This document shows, piece by piece, positions 1 through 9,456 of a DNA stretch of 64,000 nt; the first letter of the stretch is position 1; each line of letters starts with the position of its first letter. The stretch covers positions 29,767 to 93,766 of the forward strand of contig CAWJOT010000001.1 of the NCBI GenBank assembly GCA_963844495.1, given 5' to 3'. This DNA is from an uncultured Pseudomonadota bacterium (GTDB lineage Bacteria > Pseudomonadota > Gammaproteobacteria > Burkholderiales > Burkholderiaceae_C). The position numbers and the translations under genes are program-made. The notes below the pieces were generated by a model. The model had not been told where the DNA came from, ran no database searches, and worked only from the letters and a program-made list of their open reading frames with translations.

Positions 1-1
1 C

Positions 2-505
2 GGGGGCGGGCATATCGACCAGATCGCCGAGGTTATACGCTCGCTCAAGACCAACCCGGACTCGCGACGCATCATCGTCAGCGCCTGGAACGTCGCCGAA
101 TTGAGCAAGATGGCACTCATGCCCTGTCACGCCTTCTTCCAGTTCTACGTCGCCCCGGCAACCGCGCCCGATGGCAAGGGCAAACTGAGTTGCCAGCTCT
201 ATCAGCGCAGCGCCGACATTTTTTTGGGCGTGCCATTCAACATCGCGAGCTACGCCTTGCTCACGCACATGGTCGCGCAGCAGTGCGATCTGGAGCCCGG
301 TGAGTTCATCTGGACCGGCGGCGACTGTCACATCTACAGCAACCACAGCGAGCAGGTTGCCCTGCAGCTCTCCCGTGCGCCGATGGCATACCCGACACTG
401 CAGATCAAGCGTGAACCCGAATCCATATTCGACTACCAACTCGAAGACTTCGAGATGTTGAACTACGAAAGTCACCCGGCGATCAAGGCCGCGGTGGCGG
501 TCTAG
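2..505 (+). CDS. thyA: thymidylate synthase, 5'-truncated by the window edge
   Basis: Open frame from base 2: [39 protein letters not shown] (catalytic PCH), [17 protein letters not shown]. Confidence 0.97.
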   Translation, partial: GGGHIDQIAEVIRSLKTNPDSRRIIVSAWNVAELSKMALMPCHAFFQFYVAPATAPDGKGKLSCQLYQRSADIFLGVPFNIASYALLTHMVAQQCDLEPGEFIWTGGDCHIYSNHSEQVALQLSRAPMAYPTLQIKREPESIFDYQLEDFEMLNYESHPAIKAAVAV

Positions 506-517
506 CGTGGCCCGAGC

Positions 518-1441
518 ATGATCAACCGCCGACAACTGTGGGCACTGGTGGCGCTGACCCTGATGTGGGGCGTGAACTGGCCGATGATGAAGCTTTCGTT
601 GCGCGAGCTAACGCCGCTGTATTTTCGGGCGCTGACGATGTCTGGCGGCGCCCTTTGGCTCTACTTGTTCTACCGCCAGCGCGGGATTTGCATGACTCCA
701 AAGGGCTCGCAGTGGCGCAGCATCGTCGCGCTGGGTCTGCCCAATATGCTGGGCTGGCATACGATGTCAATTCTCGGCGTCAAGGAACTTGCCTCGGGCC
801 GTGCCGCCATTTTGGGCTTCACGATGCCGATCTGGACCGTGCTCATCAGCGTGGTCCTGCTAGGCGAACGTCTCACACGTCGCGTGGCGTTTGCCGCACT
901 GGCCGTCGCACTGGCCATTGGCTTGCTGATTTCCGACGAATTCACCAGCCTGGCCGGACACCCCTTGGGCGTACTCTGGATGGAAATCGCGGCCCTGCTC
1001 TGGGCCATTGGCACACTCATGATGCGCCGCGCAACACTGACGCTTCCGGTTGAAGCGCTGACCGTCTGGATGATGGCGCTGGCTGCGGCGTGTCTGTGGC
1101 TGCTCGCCGCAACGATGGAACCGGTACCGACGTTTCACCTGGCGCCCGAAACCTGGGCCAGTCTGGCCTATGGCGTGCTCATCAACTATGGCTTTGCCCA
1201 GATCATCTGGTTTGGTCTGGCACGCGGGCTGCCACCGGCGACGAGCGCCATGAGCCTGATGGCGGTGCCGATGATCGGCACGCTGAGCGCCCCGCTGCTG
1301 CTGGGCGAGTGGCCGCGCTGGCAGGATTTTGCTGCCATGGCGTTCGTCATGGCGGCGATTGCAGCGGTGCTGCTGCCGCCTCGCTATAGGTCCAAATCAG
1401 TCCCGGCCACGCTGCGGCAAACGCCCGCAAACCTGCCTTGA
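518..1441 (+). CDS. DMT/EamA family transporter
   Basis: 307 aa, about 10 hydrophobic segments, WGVNWP motif, two EamA-like halves. Confidence 0.9.
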   Translation: MINRRQLWALVALTLMWGVNWPMMKLSLRELTPLYFRALTMSGGALWLYLFYRQRGICMTPKGSQWRSIVALGLPNMLGWHTMSILGVKELASGRAAILGFTMPIWTVLISVVLLGERLTRRVAFAALAVALAIGLLISDEFTSLAGHPLGVLWMEIAALLWAIGTLMMRRATLTLPVEALTVWMMALAAACLWLLAATMEPVPTFHLAPETWASLAYGVLINYGFAQIIWFGLARGLPPATSAMSLMAVPMIGTLSAPLLLGEWPRWQDFAAMAFVMAAIAAVLLPPRYRSKSVPATLRQTPANLP

Positions 1442-1932
1442 AGCTCAATCTTGTCTTCGCCCGCTCGGCCAATGGCGTGATTGGCAAGGACGGCACCCTG
1501 CCCTGGCATTTGCCCGAGGACATGGCGCACTTCAAGCGCACCACCGTTGGCCACCCGGTGATCATGGGGCGCAACACCTGGGATTCGTTGCCCGAGAGAT
1601 TTCGCCCACTGCCGCAGCGGCTCAACATCGTCGTCACGCGTCAAACAGCGTGGCAGGCAGCGGGCGCGCAGGTTGCACATTCACTTGAAGAGGCTTGCCG
1701 CTTGTGCCCGCCCCAAAGCGATGTCTGGGTCATTGGCGGGGCCCAGATCTACGCCCAGGCGTTGCCGCTGGCGAGCACCGCCGTGGTGACCGAAATAGAC
1801 GCGGCATTCGAAGGCGATGCCTATGCCCCGCCATTCGGGCCCGAATGGCGCGAAGTCGGGCGCCAGGACCAGGTCTCTGGCACCGGGCTAAAGTTCAGTT
1901 TTGTCACCTATCGCAGGAACGCAGGAGTCTGA
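1438..1932 (+). CDS. folA: dihydrofolate reductase
   Basis: NGVIGKDGTLPWHLPEDMAHFK, VIMGRNTW, RPLPQRLNIV, VIGGAQIY; TTG start overlaps the upstream TGA. Confidence 0.96.
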   Translation: MKLNLVFARSANGVIGKDGTLPWHLPEDMAHFKRTTVGHPVIMGRNTWDSLPERFRPLPQRLNIVVTRQTAWQAAGAQVAHSLEEACRLCPPQSDVWVIGGAQIYAQALPLASTAVVTEIDAAFEGDAYAPPFGPEWREVGRQDQVSGTGLKFSFVTYRRNAGV

Positions 1933-1933
1933 G

Positions 1934-2530
1934 ATGTCAGGACACGGTTTTCACGTACACGGCCCGCACGATCACGAGATTGAACATGCGCAGCAAGGCG
2001 GCCACGGTGGGGCGCATGGCGAACACGGCGGCATGATCAACCAAATTGCGTTGTTTACCGCCATCATTGCCACCATTGGGGCGCTGTTCGGCTACATGGG
2101 CGGTGCCACGCAGGCCAATGCGGGTCTGTACAAGAACAACGCGGCGATCAAGAAAACTGAAGCCTCGAACCAGTGGAATTACTTCCAGTCCAAGAGCACC
2201 AAGCAGTCACTCGCCGAGCTTGCGCGCGACCTCGCTGGCGAGGACAAGAAAGCCCTGTATCAGGCCAAAGTCGAACGCTACGAGAAGGAAAAAAACGACA
2301 TCAAGACGGTGGCCGACAAGCTCGAGCTCGAGGCAACGCAATGGGACAAGCAAAGCGATGAGCAAATGCACCAGCATCACCGGTGGGCGCAGGCAACGAC
2401 CGTGCTGCAGGTTTCCATCGCGCTGGCAGCGATCGCTTTGCTCACCAAAAAGAAGTGGCTCGAAGTCGCAATGTTCGTCGCCGGGGGCATCGGTGTGCTC
2501 GTCGGAGGGCTCGCAGCGATACATATTTGA
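1934..2530 (+). CDS. DUF4337-like membrane protein with His-rich N-terminus
   Basis: ATG at 1934 after GGAG; MSGHGFHVHGPHDHE, TM helix, ASNQWNYFQSKSTKQ, two C-terminal TM helices. Confidence 0.75.
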   Translation: MSGHGFHVHGPHDHEIEHAQQGGHGGAHGEHGGMINQIALFTAIIATIGALFGYMGGATQANAGLYKNNAAIKKTEASNQWNYFQSKSTKQSLAELARDLAGEDKKALYQAKVERYEKEKNDIKTVADKLELEATQWDKQSDEQMHQHHRWAQATTVLQVSIALAAIALLTKKKWLEVAMFVAGGIGVLVGGLAAIHI

Positions 2531-2580
2531 TAGCTGTTCACGCAGGCAAGACGGGCGTTAGACGACAATTTCATTGACAG
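2517..2580 (+). repeat. copy 1 of the dispersed 64-bp GCTAY-N7-RTAGC motif; overlaps the DUF4337 stop and fills the intergenic gap
   Basis: CGATACATATTTGATAGC TGTTCA CGCAGGCAAGACGGGCG TTAGA CGAC AATTTCATTGACAG. Confidence 0.8.
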
Positions 2581-2587
2581 AGCACAG

Positions 2588-3619
2588 GTGGAAAGCAATT
2601 TCAGGAAGATCACGCGGGGAACGCACTTCACGGCCCTGATGCACGGCGCGTTTCTGCTGGTGTTGATTCACGTGATCGGCACGCTTGGGTACAAGCACCT
2701 GGGCGGTGAATCGGCGAGCTGGGTCGACAGCTTCTACATGACGTTCATCACGGTGGCCACGATCGGCTACGCCGAAGTCATCGACCTGAGTCAGCACCCC
2801 ATGGGGCGCCTGTTCACGGTGTTCATCGCCGTCGTCGGGATTGGCACCATGAGCTACCTGTTTTCAACGTTTGTAGCACTGCTGCTCGAGTCGGATCTGA
2901 ACGCTGCCCGGAGGAAGAAACGTATGGACAAGAAAATCGCCAGGCTCAATGGCCATTACATCGTGTGTGGCATGGGGCGAGTGGGCACCAATGTAGCCCA
3001 TGAACTGATCAAGACCCGGCGCACGCTGGTGATGGTCGAAATCAATCAGGAGGCGCTGGACAACTGGTTGACCCAGCACCCGGACACACCGTACCTGCAT
3101 GCCGATGCGGCCGACGATGAGGCGTTGCGCGCGGCAGGAATCATGCACGCGGCCGGCGTGTTTGCCGTCACGGGCGACGACAGCCACAACCTGATGGTGT
3201 CGCTGTCGGTGAAGTTGCTCAACCCCAAGGTCAGGGTCGTGGCCCGCGTGCACGACGTGCATAACATCAACAAGGCGCGCCGGGCTGGTGCCGACGAGGT
3301 GGTGTCGCCTGATTTCACCGGCGGCATGCGCATTGCCTCGGCGATGCTGCGCCCCCATGCCGTCAATTTCATGGACCAGATGTTGCGCAGCGATGACGGG
3401 CTGCGCGTGGAAGAAGTGGTGGTGCCTGCGGACTTCGTGGCCCGGCCGCTGCAGGACCTGGCACCGCGTTCCAAAGACTACATTCTGATGGCGGCGCACG
3501 AGCAAGGGCAATGGGTGTTCAACCCACCCGACGATCACCTGATCCAGCCCGGCAGCGCCCTGATTCTCATGACCAATTCGAGCGGGAGAATGCACTTTGA
3601 AAAATTGCTCGCGGCCTGA
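2588..3619 (+). CDS. MthK/Kch-like potassium channel protein (2TM pore + RCK/TrkA-N)
   Basis: DSFYMTFITVATIGYAE pore loop; HYIVCGMGRVG RCK Rossmann motif; AGADEVVSP. Confidence 0.9.
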   Translation: MESNFRKITRGTHFTALMHGAFLLVLIHVIGTLGYKHLGGESASWVDSFYMTFITVATIGYAEVIDLSQHPMGRLFTVFIAVVGIGTMSYLFSTFVALLLESDLNAARRKKRMDKKIARLNGHYIVCGMGRVGTNVAHELIKTRRTLVMVEINQEALDNWLTQHPDTPYLHADAADDEALRAAGIMHAAGVFAVTGDDSHNLMVSLSVKLLNPKVRVVARVHDVHNINKARRAGADEVVSPDFTGGMRIASAMLRPHAVNFMDQMLRSDDGLRVEEVVVPADFVARPLQDLAPRSKDYILMAAHEQGQWVFNPPDDHLIQPGSALILMTNSSGRMHFEKLLAA

Positions 3620-3661
3620 TTTGTGCCGCGATTGGCCACCTTCCTTCGCGAGTCAGCTTCG

Positions 3662-4444
3662 ATGAAGTTCGCCACCTGGAATGTGAACTCGCTTGGCGTG
3701 CGCCTGCCCCAGGTGCTGGCCTGGCTGCAGGCCAATCCGGTCGACGTATTGGTGCTGCAAGAACTCAAGATGGCGGACGACAAGTTCCCGTTTCAGGTCC
3801 TGCAACAGGCCGGTTATCACGCCCAGTGCTTCGGTCAGAAAACCTACAACGGAGTCGCCCTGCTCTCGCACCAGAGCGCTACTGGCGTCGTGCGCAACAT
3901 TCCCGGCTTTGCCGACGAGATGGCGCGTGTTATCAGCGCCGACGTGTCCGGGGTGCGCGTGATTGGCGGCTATTTCCCCAACGGGCAGGAGCCGGGAAGC
4001 GAGAAGTTCGAATACAAGATGAGTTGGCTTCGCGCGTTGCGCAACTGGGTGCGCGAAGAACTCGCCAAGTCACCCTGGCTGGTGCTGATGGGCGACTACA
4101 ACATCACCTTCGACGACGCTGACGTCTGGGACCCGGTCGGACTGCACGAGACGATTCACTGCACCGAGGAGGAGCGCTACCAGTTGCGCGCCCTGATCGC
4201 ACTCGGGCTGCATGATGCGTTCAGGCTGTTTGCGCAACCGCCAAAGAGCTACTCATGGTGGGACTACCGCGACGGTGGCTTTCGCCGCAACCGCGGTCTG
4301 CGCATCGACCACATTCTGGTCAGCGACGCGCTCAGACCGCTGGTGCGCTCCTGCAGCATCGACCGGAGCCCACGCTCCAACGAACGGCCCAGCGATCACG
4401 CGCCGGTGCTGTTGACGTTGGACCTGGTCCCGACAGCGCCTTAG
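3662..4444 (+). CDS. xth: exodeoxyribonuclease III
   Basis: MKFATWNVNS, LQELK, YNGVA, GDYNI, SWWDYR, GLRIDHIL, SDHAPV. Confidence 0.96.
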   Translation: MKFATWNVNSLGVRLPQVLAWLQANPVDVLVLQELKMADDKFPFQVLQQAGYHAQCFGQKTYNGVALLSHQSATGVVRNIPGFADEMARVISADVSGVRVIGGYFPNGQEPGSEKFEYKMSWLRALRNWVREELAKSPWLVLMGDYNITFDDADVWDPVGLHETIHCTEEERYQLRALIALGLHDAFRLFAQPPKSYSWWDYRDGGFRRNRGLRIDHILVSDALRPLVRSCSIDRSPRSNERPSDHAPVLLTLDLVPTAP

Positions 4445-4445
4445 T

Positions 4446-4509
4446 TGCTATTGTTTAAGTAGCTTTGTATGCTTGATTGACGGACGTTTCAGGCCGATTT
4501 ACTCCAAAC
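4446..4509 (+). repeat. copy 2 of the 64-bp motif; between convergent xth and ntrC, overlapping the ntrC stop
   Basis: TGCTATTGTTTAAGTAGC TTTGTA TGCTTGATTGACGGACG TTTCA GGCC GATTTACTCCAAAC. Confidence 0.85.
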
Positions 4510-6010
4510 CAAGCTCCTGGATCTTGCGCGTGATGGTGTTGCGCCCGATACCGAGCTTTTGCGCCGCCTCGATGCGCCGTCCGCGCGTCGCCGCCAGAGC
4601 TTCGAGGATCAGGCGCGCTTCAAAACGGCGACTCAGAATGTCCCAAATGTTGCGCTCACCCCCTGCCAGCAAAGCCTGCGCATGGGTGGCCAGACCGAGC
4701 TCCCAGTCGGCAGCGCCAGCGTGCGAACTCGTCTGCTCGGGCGAGGAGGAAGGCACAACGCCCGGGCGCTCCTCGTGCGCTACGGTCTCAGGCACCAACA
4801 CGGCGCTGGTCGCGCTGTCGAGGTGGCCCGCGGCCCGGACCCCGATTTCAGGCGGCAGATCCTTGGACTCGATCAGTTGCGCAGGCGTCATCACGGTCAG
4901 CCAATGACAAATATTTTCCAGCTGGCGCACGTTACCGGGAAAGCTGAATTTGCTCAGCCAGCGCAGCGCCGCATCCGAAATGCGCTTGCCCTCCACACCG
5001 AGTTGTAGCGCGCTGCGCTGCAGAAAGTGACGCGTCAGCAAGGGCACATCCTCGGGACGATCGCGCAGGGCCGGAAGCTGTAACCGAATCACATTGAGGC
5101 GATGAAACAAGTCCTCGCGAAAGGCGCCGTCCTTGACACGCTGCTCCAGGTTTTGATGCGTGGCGGCAATCACGCGCACGTTGGTTTTGACCGCATTGTG
5201 GCCACCCACCCGGTAGAAGTGCCCATCACTGAGCACACGCAGCAGCCGCGTCTGCAGGTCAAAAGGCATGTCCCCGATCTCGTCAAGAAACAGGGTGCCG
5301 CCGTCCGCCTGTTCAAAGCGGCCCCGGCGCATGCCCTGGGCGCCGGTGAAAGCGCCGCGCTCATGCCCGAACAGCTCGGATTCGAGCAGATCCTTGGGGA
5401 TGGCCGCCGTGTTGATCGCTACAAACGGGCCCTTGCTGCCGAGTTCGCCTCGCAGCGAATGCCGGTGCAGGGCGCGCGCCACCAGTTCCTTGCCAGAGCC
5501 GGACTCGCCGGTTATCAGCACCGTCGCGTTGCTCTGGCTGAGACGCCCGATGGCGCGAAAGACATCCTGCATCGCCGGCGCCTGACCCATCATTTCCGGC
5601 GTTTGCGCGGTGTCCTGCTCGGACACTTCCTCGCGCTGGCTCTCCTCCACCGCGCGGCGTATCAGTTCAACCGCTTTGGGCAAATCGAAAGGCTTGGGCA
5701 AGTACTCGAAAGCGCCGCCCTGAAATGCAGACACCGCGCTGTCCAGGTCTGAGTACGCGGTCATGATGATGACCGGAAGCGCCGGATATTTCTCCTTGAC
5801 CTTGGCCAGCAGGTCCAAGCCCGATCCGCCTGGCATGCGGATGTCGCTGACCAGAATCTGTGGCGCCTCGTCGTCGCTGGCCTGCGCCAGCGCGTTGATG
5901 ACGTCACGCGCGTTGGTGAAACTGCGCGTCGGCAGGTTTTCACGCAGCAAGGCCTTTTCCAGCACAAAACGGATGGACTGGTCATCATCTACGATCCAAA
6001 TCGGCTTCAT
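4499..6010 (-). CDS. ntrC: nitrogen regulation response regulator NtrC (sigma54 activator)
   Basis: MKPIWIVDDDQSIRFVL receiver, GESGSGKE, GAFTGA, Fis-type HTH AAQKLGIGRNTITRK. Confidence 0.97.
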   Translation of the reverse strand: MKPIWIVDDDQSIRFVLEKALLRENLPTRSFTNARDVINALAQASDDEAPQILVSDIRMPGGSGLDLLAKVKEKYPALPVIIMTAYSDLDSAVSAFQGGAFEYLPKPFDLPKAVELIRRAVEESQREEVSEQDTAQTPEMMGQAPAMQDVFRAIGRLSQSNATVLITGESGSGKELVARALHRHSLRGELGSKGPFVAINTAAIPKDLLESELFGHERGAFTGAQGMRRGRFEQADGGTLFLDEIGDMPFDLQTRLLRVLSDGHFYRVGGHNAVKTNVRVIAATHQNLEQRVKDGAFREDLFHRLNVIRLQLPALRDRPEDVPLLTRHFLQRSALQLGVEGKRISDAALRWLSKFSFPGNVRQLENICHWLTVMTPAQLIESKDLPPEIGVRAAGHLDSATSAVLVPETVAHEERPGVVPSSSPEQTSSHAGAADWELGLATHAQALLAGGERNIWDILSRRFEARLILEALAATRGRRIEAAQKLGIGRNTITRKIQELGLE

Positions 6011-6024
6011 CGTCGTTTGCACCA

Positions 6025-7131
6025 TTAAGGAAGTGGTATCAATATCCTGAAATCCGTGTGCCCGGGCACACTGTCGCATTCGATCAATCCATGGTGCTGC
6101 TGCACAAACGTCTGGGCCAGGGTCAGTCCCAACCCGGAGCCGTCTGGCGTGCCCGATACCAGTGGATAGAAAATCCGGTCCTTGATGGATTCAGGCACAC
6201 CCGGACCGTTGTCAATGACATGCAATTCCAGTGCCAACCGGTAGCGCTGCTTGCCCAGGGTCGTCTGCCGCGCGATTCGCGTGCGAAGCGTCAGGCGCGC
6301 CGAGCCTCGCGCCATCTCCTGGGTCAACGCCTGGCAGGCGTTGCGCGCAACGTTGAGCACGGTCTGGATCAGCTGCTCGCGGTCGCCCCGAAACTCCGGA
6401 ATCGAGGTGTCATAGTCGCGCACCACAGTCAGGCCGCGTGCAAATTCGGCAAGAATCAGCGCGCGCACACGCTCGCAGACTTCATGAATGTTGACATCGC
6501 CCACCTGGTGCTGCGCGCGATGCGGCGCGAGCAGCCGATCGACCAGCGACTGCAGCCGGTCCGCCTCATGCACGATGACCTGGGTGTACTCCTTGAGGCC
6601 GCGTGATTGAACCTCCATTTCCAGCAGCTGAGCTGCGCCGCGGATACCGCCCAGGGGGTTCCTGATCTCGTGCGCCAGATTGCGGATCAGTTCCTTGTTG
6701 ACCTGGGCCTGTTCGGCCAGACGTTCCTCCCGTTCCTGACGTGTCTGCAGCTCCAGTGGCAGGAGTTCGACCATGATTTCGTCAGCGCGCTCGGTGTGAG
6801 TCACGATCACATGCACGGGCAGCGGTTCGTGGTTCAGTCGTTTCAGCCAGGCGTCATAGCGCAGCGCCGAAAATTGATCGCCATCGAACCCCTGCAATGC
6901 GCTCCTGAGCGGTTCGGATTCGGTAAAACTTTGCGGAAAGTTCGAACCGACAATGCTGCGCCGCGACAGTCCCAGTGCATCCTCCAGCGCGGCGTTGGCA
7001 AAAGACACATCCCCGCTGCGGTTGACCACGGCCACCAGCGTGGCAAGAAGATCAAACGACTGGAAGCGAACGGACGCGGCGTCGGCAAGCGACACGTCAA
7101 TCGCGCTCGGCAGGGGGACTGGCTGGTTCAA
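6025..7131 (-). CDS. ntrB: nitrogen regulation histidine kinase NtrB
   Basis: PAS domain, LAHEIRNPLGGIRGAAQLL, DNGPG, GSGLGL; start codon uncertain. Confidence 0.95.
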   Translation of the reverse strand: MNQPVPLPSAIDVSLADAASVRFQSFDLLATLVAVVNRSGDVSFANAALEDALGLSRRSIVGSNFPQSFTESEPLRSALQGFDGDQFSALRYDAWLKRLNHEPLPVHVIVTHTERADEIMVELLPLELQTRQEREERLAEQAQVNKELIRNLAHEIRNPLGGIRGAAQLLEMEVQSRGLKEYTQVIVHEADRLQSLVDRLLAPHRAQHQVGDVNIHEVCERVRALILAEFARGLTVVRDYDTSIPEFRGDREQLIQTVLNVARNACQALTQEMARGSARLTLRTRIARQTTLGKQRYRLALELHVIDNGPGVPESIKDRIFYPLVSGTPDGSGLGLTLAQTFVQQHHGLIECDSVPGHTDFRILIPLP

Positions 7132-7136
7132 GCGGT

Positions 7137-7628
7137 CTATTTTGCCGCAGTGCCGGGCGCGATGCGATCGAGTTCCCGGCGAATGCCGGCGATATCGCTT
7201 TCGTTGCGCGCAATGGCAGCCTTGATCTCATTGATGCGCTCCTGATACTTCTGGGGATTGCGCGCCTCGTCACCGCGCTTCTCCGGCTCGCCGTTGTTGT
7301 AGTCGCGCAGCAGTTCGGTGTGACGCGCTTCAGCCCTCTTTAGCTCTGAACCCAGAATCTGACGCGCGTCGGAGTCACGCGATTTCTGATCGCCGGCACC
7401 GACCCGCATGGCCGCCGAAGAGGCAGGCGCGGTCCGCGCCGCCGAGGAAGCCGGTCGGGTTCCCTGGACCACGGTGACATTGCCACCTTCCATGAGTTTG
7501 CAGCCACGCGCCTTGGCGTCGGGCAGCGTGTTGGTGTACTCGTTGCCACAACGGTAGATCCGATCCTGGGCCAAAGCACTGGTCAGAGTCAGAACAAACC
7601 CCAAGGGAATCAACAATGCATATTTCAT
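7137..7628 (-). CDS. exported DUF4124-like protein
   Basis: Signal peptide MKYALLIPLG...ALA, IYRCGNEYTN, coiled-coil C-terminus. Confidence 0.7.
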   Translation of the reverse strand: MKYALLIPLGFVLTLTSALAQDRIYRCGNEYTNTLPDAKARGCKLMEGGNVTVVQGTRPASSAARTAPASSAAMRVGAGDQKSRDSDARQILGSELKRAEARHTELLRDYNNGEPEKRGDEARNPQKYQERINEIKAAIARNESDIAGIRRELDRIAPGTAAK

Positions 7629-7760
7629 AGAAATTCTCATACGCCACAGGAATCGCCTGAGCCATGCATCCGAGTATGCGCCAAATGCCGATCCACCGTG
7701 GGCCTGGCCTCGCATGATCCCGGTCCCGCAGCAACGGAGTCGCAACTGCGCGCGCTGCAA

Positions 7761-7790
7761 AAAAATGGACGGCGTGTGCCGTCCATTTTT
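7761..7790 (-). terminator. intrinsic terminator downstream of glnA
   Basis: AAAAATGGACGGC-GTGT-GCCGTCCATTTTT perfect hairpin with T/A tails. Confidence 0.85.
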
Positions 7791-7807
7791 ACCACAATCG
7801 CCAGGGC

Positions 7808-9223
7808 TTATAGCGAATAGTACATTTCGAACTCGATCGGGTGCGTGGCCATGCGCAAACGGGTAACCTCGCCCATCTTCAGGTCAATGTAGGCGTCGAG
7901 CATGCTGTCGGTAAAGACACCGCCCTTGGTCAGGAAACTGCGGTCGGCATTGAGACAGTCAAGCGCCTGGTCCAGACTGTGGCAAACCGTCGGCACCTTG
8001 GCATCCTCCTCCGGGGGCAGGTGGTAGAGGTCCTTGGACGCCGCTTCGCCCGGGTGGATCTTGTTCTCGACGCCATCCAGACCGGCCATCATCAGCGCCG
8101 AAAAGCCCAGATAAGGGTTCATCAGTGGATCGGGAAAACGCGCCTCGATACGGCGCGCTTTCGGGTTGGCCACGTAAGGAATCCGAATCGAAGCCGAGCG
8201 GTTTTTCGCCGAATATGCCAGTTTGACTGGTGCTTCATAGCCGGGCACCAAGCGCTTGTAACTATTGGTTCCGGGATTGGTGATGGCATTCAGGGCGCGT
8301 GCGTGGCGGATGATGCCGCCAACGTAGTACAAGGCAAAATCGGACAGCCCGGCATACCCGTCACCGGCAAACAGGTTCTTGCCATCCTTCCAGATCGATT
8401 GGTGCACGTGCATGCCAGAGCCGTTGTCGCCAACAATGGGCTTTGGCATGAACGTCGCCGTCTTGCCGTAGGCATTGGCCACGTTCTGCACCACGTATTT
8501 CAGAATTTGGGTCCAGTCGGCGCGTTGCACCAGAGTGCTGAACTTGGTGCCGATCTCGTTCTGGCCCGCGCCCGCCACTTCATGGTGGAACACCTCGACC
8601 GGAACACCTAGAGATTCAAGGATCAGGGACATTTCGGCACGCATGTCCTGCGTGCTGTCGACCGGCGGCACGGGGAAATAACCGCCCTTGACGGTCGGGC
8701 GATGACCACGATTTCCGCCCTCGACCTTCTTGCCCGAATTCCACGGCGCCTCGTATTCGTCGATCTTGAAAAAGGTGCCCGACATATCGGTATTCCAGCG
8801 CACATCGTCAAAAATGAAGAACTCCGGCTCGGGACCGAAGTAGGCCGCGTCGCCCATGCCCGAGGCCTTCAAATAGGCTTCGGCGCGCCGTGCGATTGAT
8901 CGCGGATCGCGATCGTAGGCCTTGCCATCGCTGGGCTCGACCACGTCACAGCTCATGAACATCGTGGTTTCTTCATAGAACGGGTCAATGTTTGCCGTGT
9001 TCGGGTCGGGCATCAGTTGCATGTCCGACGCTTCGATGCCCTTCCAGCCAGCAACCGATGAGCCGTCAAACGCGTGGCCCGCACTGAATTTGTCTTCATC
9101 AAAATGGGAAACAGGCACGCTCACATGCTGCTCTTTGCCACGCGTGTCGGTGAATCGGAAGTCAACAAACTTGACTTCGTTGTCTTTCACCATCTTCATG
9201 ACGTCAGCGACGGTCTTGGCCAT
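7808..9223 (-). CDS. glnA: glutamine synthetase type I
   Basis: [45 protein letters not shown]. Confidence 0.99.
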   Translation of the reverse strand: MAKTVADVMKMVKDNEVKFVDFRFTDTRGKEQHVSVPVSHFDEDKFSAGHAFDGSSVAGWKGIEASDMQLMPDPNTANIDPFYEETTMFMSCDVVEPSDGKAYDRDPRSIARRAEAYLKASGMGDAAYFGPEPEFFIFDDVRWNTDMSGTFFKIDEYEAPWNSGKKVEGGNRGHRPTVKGGYFPVPPVDSTQDMRAEMSLILESLGVPVEVFHHEVAGAGQNEIGTKFSTLVQRADWTQILKYVVQNVANAYGKTATFMPKPIVGDNGSGMHVHQSIWKDGKNLFAGDGYAGLSDFALYYVGGIIRHARALNAITNPGTNSYKRLVPGYEAPVKLAYSAKNRSASIRIPYVANPKARRIEARFPDPLMNPYLGFSALMMAGLDGVENKIHPGEAASKDLYHLPPEEDAKVPTVCHSLDQALDCLNADRSFLTKGGVFTDSMLDAYIDLKMGEVTRLRMATHPIEFEMYYSL

Positions 9224-9270
9224 CAAATACTCCTGGTTGAATCATTGTTGAAAAGTTACATGGAACTGAA

Positions 9271-9286
9271 TGCAGTTTTTGTGCCA
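9271..9286 (-). promoter_or_regulatory. sigma54 (-24/-12) promoter of glnA
   Basis: Minus strand TGGCACAAAAACTGCA = GG-N10-GC, about 50 bp upstream of glnA. Confidence 0.85.
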
Positions 9287-9389
9287 GCACTCGCTGACCG
9301 ACCAAATCATCCAACCCTCTATTCTGCCCTGAGTTAGTCGCGTTTCCGCTGGCCAATCTTTCGCCGCTGGCACACCGTTGACCAAGAAG

Positions 9390-9456
9390 CACCCCAGTTT
9401 GGTGCAGTTCTCACGTGCACCACTTTGGCCCGTTAGTTCTGCACCAATTCGGGGCC
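9390..9456. promoter_or_regulatory. NtrC enhancer-like sites
   Basis: CACCCCAGTTTGGTGCA (9390), TGCACCACTTTGGCCCG (9416), TGCACCAATTCGGGGCC (9440) resemble TGCACC-N5-GGTGCA, 100-170 bp upstream of the sigma54 promoter. Confidence 0.65.
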
